A stretch of DNA of 64,000 nucleotides from Lama glama. Lineage: Eukaryota. Below the pieces are notes generated by a model. That model did not search any database. It was not told the origin of the DNA and saw only the letters and a list, made by a program, of their open reading frames with translations. Positions 13,140 through 26,263 of the stretch are shown here, piece after piece. Numbering within the stretch: the stretch's first letter is position 1; the number at the start of each line of letters is the position of its first letter. Position numbers and translations under genes: made by a program. The DNA lies in contig CM052816.1 of the NCBI GenBank assembly GCA_028534125.1, positions 50,160,001 through 50,224,000 on the forward strand, in the 5' to 3' direction.

Positions 13140-13956
13140 ATTGCTCCTTAATTGTGAGTTAGCTAAATGGTGTTGTTCTCTTTCTAGCTGTGCTGTGAGG
13201 TACACGGTATTTTAGAAACTACCACCAGGGTGAGGGAGGGGTCCCAAGAAAGTGGGGCTCCTGTTCTTCCCTCTCAAACATTAACCAGAACAGCCACTCT
13301 TTTATCTACTCCCATTATGGAAGCCTGAATAAGATTTTGTTTGAAGAAAGGACTCTGATCCTATAATAATAAAAAAAAAAATCTGAAAGTAATTTTTCTA
13401 AATAATAAATTCTGTAGAAATGAAAAATACGTGACTTAAAAAAATTAGAGGAGACTATCTTGTGCTAACGTCACCTTTTAAAAACTGATGACTGTGAAAT
13501 CACTGATATAAATATTGGCATTTGCCCACGCATTGCCTGTTCTCAGAGCCAAAGTCCTTTTTCCTTACCCTTGCCTCAACATGATCACATTAGGAAAGTA
13601 AATCTTTAGCTTTATGCACATTTCTTGAATGTCCACACAAAAATGCAGATGGGATTAACCATAGGGAAATTATTTCTGAAGGATGTTAACCCATAAAGTA
13701 CCATGATTCTCAATAAGGAAACAAAGCAAAATGAACCTAATTTAGAGGCTATTTTTGAGAAAATTATTTTTCTCAAAATGTCGTTAATGTTTACTATCAT
13801 TTCATTCATAGTTTTATCAATACTTCATATTTATATCATTTTAGCTTGATATTAGCTTAACATCTGCCTTACATTTATGTTTGGATAGATATAAATGATA
13901 AAACTAGCAAAAAAGAACACCTGACAAGACAAATGACATCAAGCAGGTCTGACATA

Positions 13957-14105
13957 GTATGCAGTATACATGAACTTGTATGTAGTATACATGAACTTGT
14001 ATGTGGTATACATGAACTTGTATGTAGTATACATGAACTTGTATGTGGTATACATGAACTTGTATGTAGTATACATGAACTTGTATGTGGTATACATGAA
14101 CTTGT
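13957..14105. repeat. Minisatellite, 7 x 21 bp (GTATGTRGTATACATGAACTT)
   Basis: Units start at 13957, 13978, 13999, 14020, 14041, 14062 and 14083. Confidence 0.97.
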
Positions 14106-14486
14106 TTCATAGGTGATAAGCTACCTATTTTAAGGTTAAAACAATGCACATTTGCACAATAATGTTTATATTATTAAATCTATATATCTTCAAATTATTC
14201 TTTGAGTTAAAAGTACCAGTATATCAGTTTTTAACAACATTCACGATCCTATTATACCAGCCTGTGACACTTCAGATGATTTCGAGGAGCACTTTTCAAA
14301 AAAAGGAAAAACATTCACAACTGATAAAACTCTTCCTACATCTTTAAACTGTTAGACTTCATATAATTTCACAAAGAAAGGCTTTCAATAATTTTTCAAA
14401 ATGCAGGTGTGCAAATTACTCCTGAAATAGACAGGAGTCATGTTTTCAGTATCCCCCGAACCACTGTTAAACACACCCTATAGCAT

Positions 14487-14519
14487 TTTTCAGCTCATAA
14501 AAGTTTTATGAGCTGAAAA
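14487..14519. repeat. Perfect inverted repeat, 16-bp arms, 1-nt spacer
   Basis: TTTTCAGCTCATAAAA-G-TTTTATGAGCTGAAAA. Confidence 0.97.
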
Positions 14520-17377
14520 GTTCCTTCAGATTTTTTTAACTGCTAACTAGAGTTGCCCTCCAGCAACAACACCCTAAGTTGCTATTAAGATCCATTTGAG
14601 CAAATATAACATAAACGTGTCCTGCATAGCATGTTTTGTTTCATAGTAGTAAATTTTTTTTAAAAAACATCAAGATTTATACGACTTGCTGAGTGCACCA
14701 AAAAAGTTATGAATGCCTTGGTTTAGTGTAGCATGGGTGGTATTTCTGCTTACTCAGATATGCAGCATGTGTGGAGGGCAATTTTATGTTTGTGAATAGG
14801 TTTATACAAATTCATACATGTACCAAGGATTTTCCAGTTTGGAAAAAATCTGCCTTGATACATAAAAAAGGTTGGTTTTTTAGGCAAATATATATTTTTC
14901 CTTATTAGTGTACACCTGCCTTAGAGCTCATTAATTTAACATCTGCTTTAGGTTTTTCCCTTACCAAAGTGAAAAAAAAATGCTTGAAAAATTAAATTTC
15001 TCACAGAAAACAAATAAAATGACTATAAGCAGCTGGATCTGACTAAACCGCATTGTTTTATCAAAACAATATAACAGTGTTTTTAGTCTTAAGGAGAATG
15101 GCATATATAAAGCCCACAAAAATGACAGATGAGGAGGAGGGCGAGAGAGAGAGAGGACGGAGGGGACCAGACAGATACATGTTATTCCCGCTCCCCCACC
15201 TCCCGCACCACCCTGCCGACCCCACACACTCACTCACTGGAGACCCGTGCTGATGGATATAACCAAATATTTCCTTTCCATAGAGTTTTTTGACCTATTG
15301 TTACAATGCTGAACAAAAATGAGTTTGAAGGCAAATCATGGTCACATGTTTTAAAAGTGGAAGAAAGAAGAGGAAACGCCTAGTTGTGTTTTGAGACCCA
15401 GCTGAATTAAATGCACAATTCAAATAAAAATATGCATCTTTGTATACACGGTTTCTGAGTTAAGTTACTCAGACCCTTCATTTCAAGTAACCATCGTAAA
15501 CTTAGATTTTTTTTTTCCTTCCTGATGACTGCCAATTCTTCCAGAGAGATCGAGTTTCACTTTTTCCATTTTGTAATTTGATCACCCTAACCTTAACGCG
15601 CAGTTTCCCATTTAGAAGAGTTTTTAAATGTGGAATTTTCGTGTTTTACTGTTTTCTATATTATTTGATTCAACTTAGCCTCTACACTAACAAGAGAGTA
15701 ATCTAAATTGGGAAATTTTTCTTATAGTTAGTCAATGAAGTAATTTTTTAAAAATTCTCAAAAAAAAAGCATTCATAGTAATCCCTTCTTACTTCTCTTC
15801 ACTCCTGTTCTTTCTTTTTCATAGTAATATCTTACTGTCACTTTTCCAACCGTGTAACAGCTGTCCTCACTCCCACTACTTGGCAGCTCATCTTCTCTCT
15901 CAACTCCAGTTCCAAGAGTCGGAAAAGGAAAGTAAGAGAGAAGAAATACGTTACAGTTTCCAAGAAACACCATCACTAGCGGGAAAATAATGCTCCAACC
16001 CTGGCCTTGTTCAACTGTATTGAGTAGTAAGATTAAAGTCAACGTTCTGGGAATGCAGTCTCTTCTCTACTGCCCCGCAAGAGTTTTTACATTAAGAAAA
16101 TTCTCGGTGATAGAAGCCAAGCTACCATCTAACAGCACTGGAAGCCAGCTAACTTGACATTAGAGCGACCTGTGTTTCCAACAGGGGCACCCTGATCATG
16201 CTAATGAGGACAGCATCACTCTTCAGAAAAGGACATCTTGAAGGAAATATCCCAAGAGTAAGAGAGAAAGGCTGCTCAAAAGGCATTCTGCTAGCCCGAC
16301 TTCTCAGAGCCAGGTCAAGGAAAAACGAGTATTCACTTAATTCACATATTAAAACCAGAATACAGCAACCTAACTAAAATTAATGACTTAACTTCTAAAT
16401 TAAGAAAAGGCAAACAAACCTGAATAGATCTGTTGAACTATATACACTATATATTCTCAATTCAGCTTACCGAATTTAGAAGATAGTGTGGTCTGACCTT
16501 TAGGAAGGAAATAAGTTATGTTTGATGATGAAAGGTATTAATCAATGCAAAGAAACAGCTTTTAAGAATTTTGCCAGGGAGATAAAATATTTGAGCAGAA
16601 TAGAAGGCACAAAGAGTATTTCTAAAAATCAAATACTTAAATCACAAAATAAGTAACATTACAGTCTGGATTTAGGGAACAGAGGTAATGCTGACATAGC
16701 CACTCTCTGAAGTTATATTTGAACCAATAAATTATAGCACTTCCTGGAACTGAGAGAGATTGTATTTGTTCCAAATATTTAAAGCCTCATTAAAATACCC
16801 AACGACAACAACTTAAAAATATGTTGAACTTTCTTTAAAATAACATTTAAACTACAGACCTAGTACCCACCCCACAAGTTGTATAATAATCTGCAAATCA
16901 TGGAAGAGAAAAACCAAAACAAACCTTTAGATGTCTTTCTATCAGCCTTAGGGATATGCAATACGGTTTTAGCTGTCCACAATGTAAGTACTGAAGGTTA
17001 ATAGTTAAAGACCAATGGAATGTTAACACAGTCTAGTACTACACTTGAGTAGTAACGCATGGAAAGACACTGAAATTAAAACATTGGGTTCTGAATGTTC
17101 TTAAGTGATGTAACAGTGATGGTTTGGTTATATTAGATGACAAAGCAGGGCTTCTTATAACTTTTAAAATAAAATTGTACCTAACATTCTTCAAAATTGT
17201 TTAACACATTCTTCCAATTCTTGTACAAATACATGAAGCTAAAACAGAATTTTTTCACACTCCAGTTATCTTCTAATGGCAGCATTTGGCATGTTGGCAT
17301 TTATTTTTTTCCAAAAGTAATTTTCAAGATAAAATGGTGATTGCCTTGACTGGTATGTCTAGAAAGCAAAGACTTAC

Positions 17378-20368
17378 CTGTCTTGTTTTCTCTGACCTCA
17401 ATAATGTAAACATTTATGTCAGGGTGGAATTTTGTCCCTGCTGGGGGTTCTGGAGTGGAAAGTGCCTGTGGTCTAAAGGCTTCCTGGCCTTCCACAGTGG
17501 GTGGTCTTGTTGGCTGCGTAGCAGAAGGAGTACTTGAAGTTGTGAAATATTCTCTATCAATATCTGTTTCTGTTTCCTTGGCTACAATATCCTCAAGGGT
17601 AGTGAGAGGAACACGAGATGTCGATTCTTCAATGATGATCATGTCACTGGTTGTTTCTTCATCAGGCTCTCTGTCAATGAGAGGTGGTTTCTCAGTGGAT
17701 GCTGAAGTTGTGTGAACTCTGTCTACCGAACTGAAGGCAGCAGTGATGTCACTTGGAACTGTGGCTTTAATTGTTGGAAATTCTGGGAGTTCTGTGGCTT
17801 TGGGCTTTTCAAATAATCCTGAGCCTAAATCAATATAATCTAGGGATGTTTTCTCTCTTTTCTCAGTAGTGGTTTCCTCTGTAACCTGGGTAACACTGGT
17901 GCTAAAAGGTGATACAAATCCCCTTGGACTGGTACCTTCTGTTTCATATTTTTGTTCAGGTCCTGGACTTAAAGACACCTTTGGCCCCATACTTGGTGTT
18001 AGTGTTAGCATTTCATCTGTTTTTGCTTTGTGCTCAGTGACAGCACCAGGTGGAAAAGATATACTTTGCTCAACTTCTCCAATTGGAGTTGTTTCTAAAA
18101 CTGGGACTGTCACAGAACCTGTCACCAATCTGTCTTCAGAGACTGTATATGCTGACCCATCACTCTCCTGTTCATCCAAAGGTGTCACTGTTTCCTTGGC
18201 TGTGTCAGCTGTAGAACTGAGAGTAGGAACTGATTTCTCTGGAGTCTGTCCTTTCCCAGGGAATCCTTCTTGAGTAGTTCCCTGTGTAATTTCCGTCGCT
18301 GTTCTTAAAGTTTCAGGAGAAGCAGTAGCTTCCAGGTAAGTCTGATCAATCACACGTATGTCTTGAGAGGGTTCACCCAGAACTTCATCTTTTGATGGAA
18401 TGGAAGGTACCAACACTCCCCATTCTGTTTTGGGAATTACAGAAAGAGGAATGGTATGGGAAGAGTCTACATAAGTAGTAGGCTCCTGGGTGCTACTATA
18501 ATTAACAAATGCTGATCCTTCCATATCCAAAGTGTGTGCAATTTGGGGGACAGTAGATATAGGCTTAGACACATCCGTATCTTCTCCTTCATCCAAAGCA
18601 CTTCCTTCCATGGTCGTATAAACAACTTGGCCTTCTGTGCTTGCGAGACGTGAAACTTTTTCTTCAGTCGTAGAATCTCTCAAAGTTGACTTTTCTGCAA
18701 TACCAGTTGATGTAGTTGGCTGAAATCTAACTGTGAATTTTTCACGGTCTGTGATGTCTTCCTCAGTAAACTCCTTTAATGGCTTTTGAGTACTGTCTGG
18801 GATAAGAGTAAATTTATCTCTTCCATCTTCAGTAAAACTTGGGATTTCTTTATCCTCTCCACTCACTCCCACAGCGGTGAGTAAGGCAGGGGGCGATGTT
18901 GGAGAGCCTGCATGCTCCATGGACTCTAAGGGCTTGGATGTTGTGCTACCTTCATCCAATGACCATTTTGACACAGTGACCACCTCTACATTTAAAGTGC
19001 TTTGGGTCAGATGCACTGTTGTAATACTCTCATCATACTTTGTGGTGTCTCCAAAGCCATCTGTTTCTAATTCAGCCGGAGTTGTCATAAAGTCTTCCTT
19101 CACATCTGTTGCCTCTGTTGGTGCCACACCTGGCTTCGTTGTTGCCAGTGCTGCGGAATCAAAAGATTTGGTCATTTCCACCGAGGACTCTGTAAGATGA
19201 AGTTGCTCTGAGGAAACTGTAGAGAACTTCATTTCAGAAAAGCCTTCTTCCTCTATTTTTCCTATAAATGGATCTTTGGTGATTTTTTCCTGTATTTCAT
19301 CATCAGTGTAAGTCAGTATAACTGTTCTCATCTCTGGTCTTAGTGTTTCCGTTCTTTCTCTTCCTGTCTGTGGAGAGGGATAAATAACTGTAGATGTTCC
19401 CTCGACTAATCTTTGATCACCAGAATAAGGAAACAATTCTACTTCTGTATGATGCCATGATGGGAAAGGTGTGGCAAACACATCCTGGCCAAGAAAATCT
19501 TCAGTTTTCCTACCATTAGTTTGTTTCTCTTCCCAGCTGTCCGTGGATGACTCCTCACCGTCAGGCACAGTTACAAGTGAAACAATGGTTGGTGCTGAGA
19601 CCAACTCCACATCCTCTAGTTGAGTGTGGGTGGTGTCTTGTGAAGTCTTTGACACTGTAACGACTTCAGGTATTTGACTAAAGACCGAGGTACTTGGACC
19701 AGATCTAACTGTAAATGTTCTGTCTTCACCATCATCTTCTCCCAAGGTGAATCCGTAGCGACTTGTAGTCACTGATTCAGAAACAGTGCTTACTGTTTTC
19801 TTTTCAGTTTTGGATTCCGGCGTCCTTGTTGTAGGTACAAATGGGATTTCACTTACAGAGAATTCCTTGGGAGGAGTGTGCTTTGATATTTCCATGGATG
19901 TTACCAAGGGACCCACTTCTATTTGTTCAATTTGTGTAACTGATTCTTGTGTTTGTATCTCTTCCATGACACCATCCCATGAAACAGTAGTATGAAGGGA
20001 GATGACAGGTGTACTTTGGGGCACTTCTTCCTTAATTTCAGGTATGTCTGGCTTTCCAAGAGGTCCTGAAGCAGAAGGTGAGTAATAGTCCATATCCCAG
20101 GGCTTCTTGGTACCCCCAGCAAGTGCGGGTGATTCGGTGGCTATGCTGTGTGTGACAGTTTGAGGCTCAACTGTGGCTTTCTGTTCAAAATTGACTATAT
20201 TTCCCACAGGAGGGAATTTGGTTGTAATGACAGGTAATTCGGTGATTAAAGGGGCGGTTGGTATAGTTCTGTCAGGGACCATTTGTGGTTCTTCCGATAA
20301 AGTGGGTGAGACAGTTTCTGCAAGCATACTCAGTTCGATGGTTGTAGCCTCTGATACATTCTGTTTAG
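17378..20368 (-). CDS. VCAN: VCAN exon 7, GAG-alpha chondroitin-sulfate attachment domain (cassette exon of V0/V2 isoforms)
   Basis: tttttctag|CTAAACAG...AAGACAG|gtaagt, 2991 nt (divisible by 3, phase 1-1). The open frame is Ser/Thr/Glu-rich and cysteine-free, has SG/GS motifs (YSGD, ESDGSA, DLGSG) and ends in PDINVYIIEVRENKT. Confidence 0.98.
20181..20201 (-). other. VCAN: Codons for the ADAMTS cleavage site in GAG-alpha (NIVNFE/Q)
   Basis: The translation GNIVNFEQKAT corresponds to the known human NIVSFE405/Q406 site whose cleavage releases GHAP. Confidence 0.8.
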
Positions 20369-21676
20369 CTAGAAAAATAATTTCAAAGAGTTGATTAGAC
20401 AAGTCACTAATACAAAGTTGTACGTCCAGTGTTTGTTAAGTGATGCTGTGTATTTTGCGGTGACCCAAAAGTGTTTCGTGATGGAGGGGAGTCTAAAAAC
20501 TAGCCCAAAGGCAGACAATTGAACACTTAATCATCACAAATTGATCACTTGTTTTATATTGTAAGTATTATCATTGCTTTTACCCATAGGCGTGAAAGAC
20601 GGACGTTAAGGAAAATGAATATTATGTAATTTCAAGATAAGGAGAAGGCCCCCCCAAAAATGCAGAGTTTGTAAACAGTAGCTATGTTATTTATCAGAAA
20701 CTACAGCACCAAAGTGAAGCCCAGCAGGAGAACACAGTACTGCTCTCCTGGAGGCTTAGGTCCCTAGCTCTCTCCCTCCTCTCGGGCATGTCTCAGGGGA
20801 GAGGGAGTGCCTCAGCTTGCAAAATAACACAAAGCCACATCAAATGTACCCGAGTTCCATGTCAGCTATTACACTGCCCATAACATGAAAGCTTGCCTAA
20901 AAACAGGATATTAAACGTTTTAATACCACTATTCACTTGATTGCAGGTGTGGGACATTTGTCTTCATACTCCTTTCAACTCTGCCGTGGAGCCTTGTTCA
21001 TAATAAATAATAAAATGCCTCTGGCAGAGGCTGCTTTGCATTTGTTGTAGTTCTACTTCTTGTTCGATGTTCTACACACCATGTATGTAACTCTTAAGGG
21101 TCTTGGTTCCAGGCTTCCCTTAGCAGGAAATGCAAACATAGAACAGGAAGTAAAGTACCCACATGATATATTTTAGCTCTGTAATTACAAATCACTGGAA
21201 ACAACCCTGAGTATCAGAAAGAATGGGCTCAGGCAATAAAAAGTAACATGTCATCATAAAATGCTACATTATAATGCCTCCAGATTTACAGAGTATAGCC
21301 TGGCTTGTTTAAAGAAATTTAAGTTGTGTGTAAAAGTGATACTGTTGTAGATGAAATTCCTTCTCAACACAGGGAAAATGGGGCAGCTTAGCACATTATA
21401 TATATTTTTTAATTCAGATTTTCAAAAATCAAAAACTAGTTGCCAGTAAACTCAGAAGGAAGTGATCTGAGGAAATCTGTAGTCATTGTTTGGCTACATC
21501 TTGCATGATTGAAACTAGTTGCATGGGTAATGCCTGTTGCCTCTAATGGGAGGTGTAATACTGGTAGTATCTAAAAGATCTTGAGTCTTCCTCTTAATAA
21601 TCCCCAAACCAGAGTTCTTGGAAAACAAAATTGGATACTTCTGAGCTCCATCTACTCTGTCAAAATTTAATACTAT

Positions 21677-21978
21677 TAGGGCAGTGAAACTGCACTGTAT
21701 GAAACTAGAATGGTAAATATATGTCATTATGCATTTGTCCAAATTCACTGAATGTACAACACAAAGAATGAACCCTAATGTAAACTATGGACTTTGAGGG
21801 AGTATGATGTGTCCATGTGAGTTCAGCAGTTACAACAAGTGGACCCCGCTGATGGAGGATGTTGATCATGGGGGAGACTGTGCACGAGTCGGGGTGGGGG
21901 TGTGTGGGAAATCCCTGCACCTTCCACTCAATTTTGCTGTAAATCCAAAACTGCTCTAAAAATAAAGTCTATTTTAAA
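21677..21978 (+). mobile_element. LINE-1 3' end (L1MC-like)
   Basis: atgtcattatgcatttgtccaaa...gaaccctaatgtaaactatggact...caattttgctgtaaatccaaaactgctctaaaaataaagtctatt. Confidence 0.85.
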
Positions 21979-24900
21979 AGTGTAATGATAAAATAATGTA
22001 ATTTTGTTGTAAATCAGACATGAGCTATAATAGCTTTCTCATCTTTCATCTGGTAAGAGCTATTATTAGCTGTGGTCATTCCCCAGACCATTTTGAAGCC
22101 CAGATTCATCAATTTTATAATAAAAACTTCGTAGCCCTTTACATTATGATTCATTTAAATTTTCTTTGAAGTCTGTCACTATTTATCCTTTTATATTAAA
22201 ACAACTAAGCAAGAACAACAAAAAAAGATTTGGACTCTTCAAAAACATTTTAACAAACTTTGGTCTCTCTCTTTTTTCTTTCTTTCTTTCTTTTTCTTTT
22301 TCTTTTTCTTTTTTTTTTTAAGAAAAGCTTTCTCTGCATTCATTTCCTGGAAGAAGCTTTGGTCTATTTTGATTGACATGAACAACTTCAGGAACCAAAG
22401 TGAGGCTGACCACTTTTCTTTTAATTCAGTTCTCTACCCTCTGAAATTCCGTAACTATTACCTCTTTTAACTGCCAAATATTATGTTTGTTTTATAACTG
22501 CATTCTTTGGGGAAATAGTAAAATGTACATACAGAGAAAGTTCCCATGGAAACATAATATAAACACTTTGCACACTGCATATTAGAGAAAATTTAATCAT
22601 ATTATATCACATTAATAACAACAAAAAAGCTAATTTTGCTTTTCCCCTCTGGGTATTTCCATGGCTGATGAAATTCACTTAAGAGGAGGTGATAACTGCA
22701 TTAGGCCTGTGAATCAGGTCTTCCTATGTTCCAACCCAAGTTCTATGCTAGCAACTTTCTGCAGAGCTATAAAAATACTTTTGTAGTGTTTTAAAATTGA
22801 AGGACTCCGATTTCAAGAACTAAATAACTGTATGTCATCATCAATGATTACTGTACAGTTTTGTGTCACCTTTCTCTAGTCTGGAAGCAGAGTCAAATGA
22901 CAGCAGTATGTCTCAGAGAGTCTCCTTTACAAAGCTAGGATTTATATGACTTTGTTTTCAAAAATTAGGGTTTTCAATCATTTTAGAGCCCTGTTTAAAA
23001 GTCTGCTTATAATCAAGTTGATTAATTCCACTACTTGGAATGGAAGACTTCTCAGACTTCCTTTTGGGGTTGGGTGGCTCTTTTGTCAACTTAACAGCTG
23101 AGTTCCATCATAACTCAGTATATCTGGTCATCTTTTTCAACCATTTCCCAAAAAAGGAAATGATTTTTAAAAACACAAATATCTACAAAGAAATATCTTA
23201 AGAGTAAATGCCAGTATTAATGATGACTATTATAAAGGTGAAAGCACAACTCTAGATTGCTCTAGAAGTGCCTCTCTACAAGGAGACTTCACGTGGAGAA
23301 AGAAGTTTTTGTCTTGGAAAACTATCAAGTGTCCCTTCGACTCCTCATAATTGAGGAAGCCAACAGAAATCAGAAGGCTTCTTTTCCCACAAAAGCTCCT
23401 TTCCAACATTTGCAGCTGTCTGCCACACAGATGTTTCACATCACTGTACTTATGGTATTTAATATCCTATGGACTATCTTCTCCAGTGCTTCTGTTGTGA
23501 GACACAAGGCAGATTTTCCTAATAAAATATAAAAACCCTAATAGCAGCACGATAGTCAATTTAACTTGTACCCATACTGCCTACGTTACAGGGAAATGAC
23601 TAATTTAAAATAGCTCTTCTACATTGAATTTTTTATACATAAAGAACTGTTAACATGGCATTTCACAAGTAGAGTGAATTTTCATTAAGTTTATCCTGGG
23701 TTCACAGCTGGGGAACGAGAAAAGGTTGGAACAATGGGATCAGAACTCAAACTAATTCTTAAAGTTTGAGTGATTGAATGCTCACCAATTCAAATTCAAT
23801 ACCCATAAAAATACCAATCAGGGAAGTTTTGACACCTATAGTCAGATTATGATTTAGCGCACAGAAAAGATAATAAGCTGATCATAGACTAGAAGGGCAG
23901 GTCAATTGTAAAATGGAACAAATATGTAAGACAGCATGTGAAGTGGTGGGTACCTATTTAGCCTTCTCCAGACCACTATTTCTAGTTCTAAGTTTCATCG
24001 AACAGAGGGCTATGAAAAACAATGAGGTTCAAAGCAACAGCACATAGGTGATTAGAGGCCTAGAAATTGAAATTTGAAAATACGGAAATTGTTTCAGTTG
24101 AGGGACAACCAAATAATTGTGTTCAATAGTAGAAAGGCTGTTATTTAGATTTTGGTCTCCAATGTAAGAAAGAAAAATGGACTCAAATTCTAACACAATG
24201 GATTTAGATAAACAGAAAAATTCTCTGAGAGTGATGGTAATAGGCTGTTGGAATGGGTTTTTCAGGAAACATCCCCTATTTCCCTCTCTTGGAGATGATT
24301 AATAATATTAAATGAGAGGTTGTTATGAGTTTTCAATGGTTTGGATTCACTCAAATTTGGGGAGTATGCACGATCCTTCAAAGCCCTGTGTAACTCTCTT
24401 TCACAGAACTTGCTTAACTCTGAGGCTGAAGAATTAAAAGTGCACAATTTAGTTTAATCATCAAGGGGAAGTGCACAGGTAAACTTTATTTCACAGAGAT
24501 ATTAATTTACTTGTTTTTCATGTCTATTTGATGTGAACAGAGTCTCATTATGTTTATCATCAGCCATTGTTAATATTCTACTCAGTGATTTAGAAGGAAA
24601 GAGAATTACAGCAAATGAGATTTGGTATCATCTATTCACCAGGAAGTGGCCTTAAAAACACTACATTTGGTAAAAGCAAACAAGAAAACTGAGTTACATT
24701 TCTAAATTCCTCTACTGAACCAACCAGCTGTATATCCCTGAAAGAAATCAGTTTTGGAATTGCTCTTAAGGGTACAACTCCTAAAAATTCTAACTCTATA
24801 GTTAGTCACTACTCAGCTCTGTGGGAAAACTGGACAGCAGGCACATTATCTTGAGAATATTTTTCAAATTAAAAAATACATATATTAAAAGGATTTTTGA

Positions 24901-25967
24901 AAAATGAATTAGAAATCTGGGGAGGCTGTTGGCATTGTGTGTGGCTTAAGGAAGGCTTTTATGTATGACTAAACTTTCCTAACCTCTTATGTGCTGGATG
25001 AATTTTGAATGTGGTAAGGTCTTAGGGAAGAACTAAATGGGAATCTAGCCTTTAGCTTAGGTGGAGAAAAAAACAAAAATTTTAATCCATTATATTTGCA
25101 AGTTATACATTTCCAAGTCACATAGACGAAAATGAATAAGGGGAAAAACGGACCTAAACTTTCAAACTTTATTCATATCTTATGTAGATTTTTAGTGGGT
25201 GGTTATTTATTTAGTCTAAGTACCTTGTTATTTTGTACATGCATGTGAACTCCTTATTTAAACAAATAATTTAAAACACATCAGGATGAATTCTTTGTGG
25301 CTATAGACAGGCTTTGGTTTAAATTTGACCCTCAGGGGAAAAGGAAATGTTTAAAAGCTTTCTAGTGCCAGGTTTATGAAGCACAAGAAAATAAAATCGA
25401 ACAAGGTAGTCATTTCTACTCTTTCCTTAATTTAACTTCTTTAACCTAACCCCCACTCCACTCCAACACATACACACAAATTGTATTTTCATCCTTAATC
25501 AAATCAGTCACTTAATGTAAAACTGATGTTTAAAGCTTGAAAATCACTATCATGGGTACGTGGCTTAAAGGAGTGATATCTTCCTACTTCTAGGGGTACT
25601 GCTTTGTTATTATTGTTGATCTGTTTTCCTGAAAATGACTGTCTTTTTCTGTAGTTTCAGGGCCTAGGAACACAAGCTAATAGTTTCAGTGGCTCTTCAC
25701 GGCCAGCTTATATCATCACACTGATACACAACACATGATTTTAACACTCAGAAAAGTGAATTTACAGGAAGAGGTCCAAATGCAGGCATCTTAGCTGGGA
25801 GATAGCAATATGTGAAATCACGCCTTTTTGTTGCACTAACATTTCTCCTGCTGACTACTCAGACAACCCAGTTCTGTGTCTTTTTGGTTGATGAAGAACA
25901 TCTGTATTATTTCACCTTAGAAATCAATTACAAAATAAGCTGGTGTATTTTCTAATAATTTCAGTTA

Positions 25968-26263
25968 CAGTTGACTGAATCTGTGGGTTCCACATCCGAG
26001 GATTCAACCAACTTTGGATTAAAAAAAAATTCCAGAAAGCTCCAAAAAGCAAAACTTGAATTTGCCCTGTGCCAGCAAATATTTATATAGTTGGATTAGG
26101 TATTATAAATAACCTAGAGATGATTTAAAGTATACAAAAGGTTGTGCATAGGTTATATGCAAATACTAAGCCATTTCCCCTAAGGCACTTGAGCATCTGT
26201 GGACTTGGCTATCCTGGAGAATCCCAGAGCCAATTCCCCGTGGATACCAGGGGGTGGTGACTG
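25968..26263. mobile_element. MER2-like TcMar-Tigger MITE
   Basis: TA|CAGTTGAC...GTGACTG|TA termini with a TA target duplication. Internal segments atctgtgggttccacatccgaggattcaacc and ggttatatgcaaatact are MER2-like. Confidence 0.85.

Noticed and set aside
13957..14105. CRISPR-like array, or a repeat protein (ORF 13904-14149, QVHVYHI repeats)
   Set aside because: The units are contiguous with no unique spacers, there are no cas genes and the host is mammalian. The ORF is a by-product of a 21-bp period with no stop codon.
17286..20394. Plus-strand ORFs over exon 7 (e.g. 17869-18273, 18877-19200)
   Set aside because: These are antisense shadow ORFs of a Thr/Ser/Glu-rich coding exon, with no independent gene structure.
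17301..20402. The 1033-aa ORF as a standalone intronless gene
   Set aside because: Its start is a non-ATG codon in intron 6. Canonical splice sites at 20368 and 17378 place it as VCAN exon 7.
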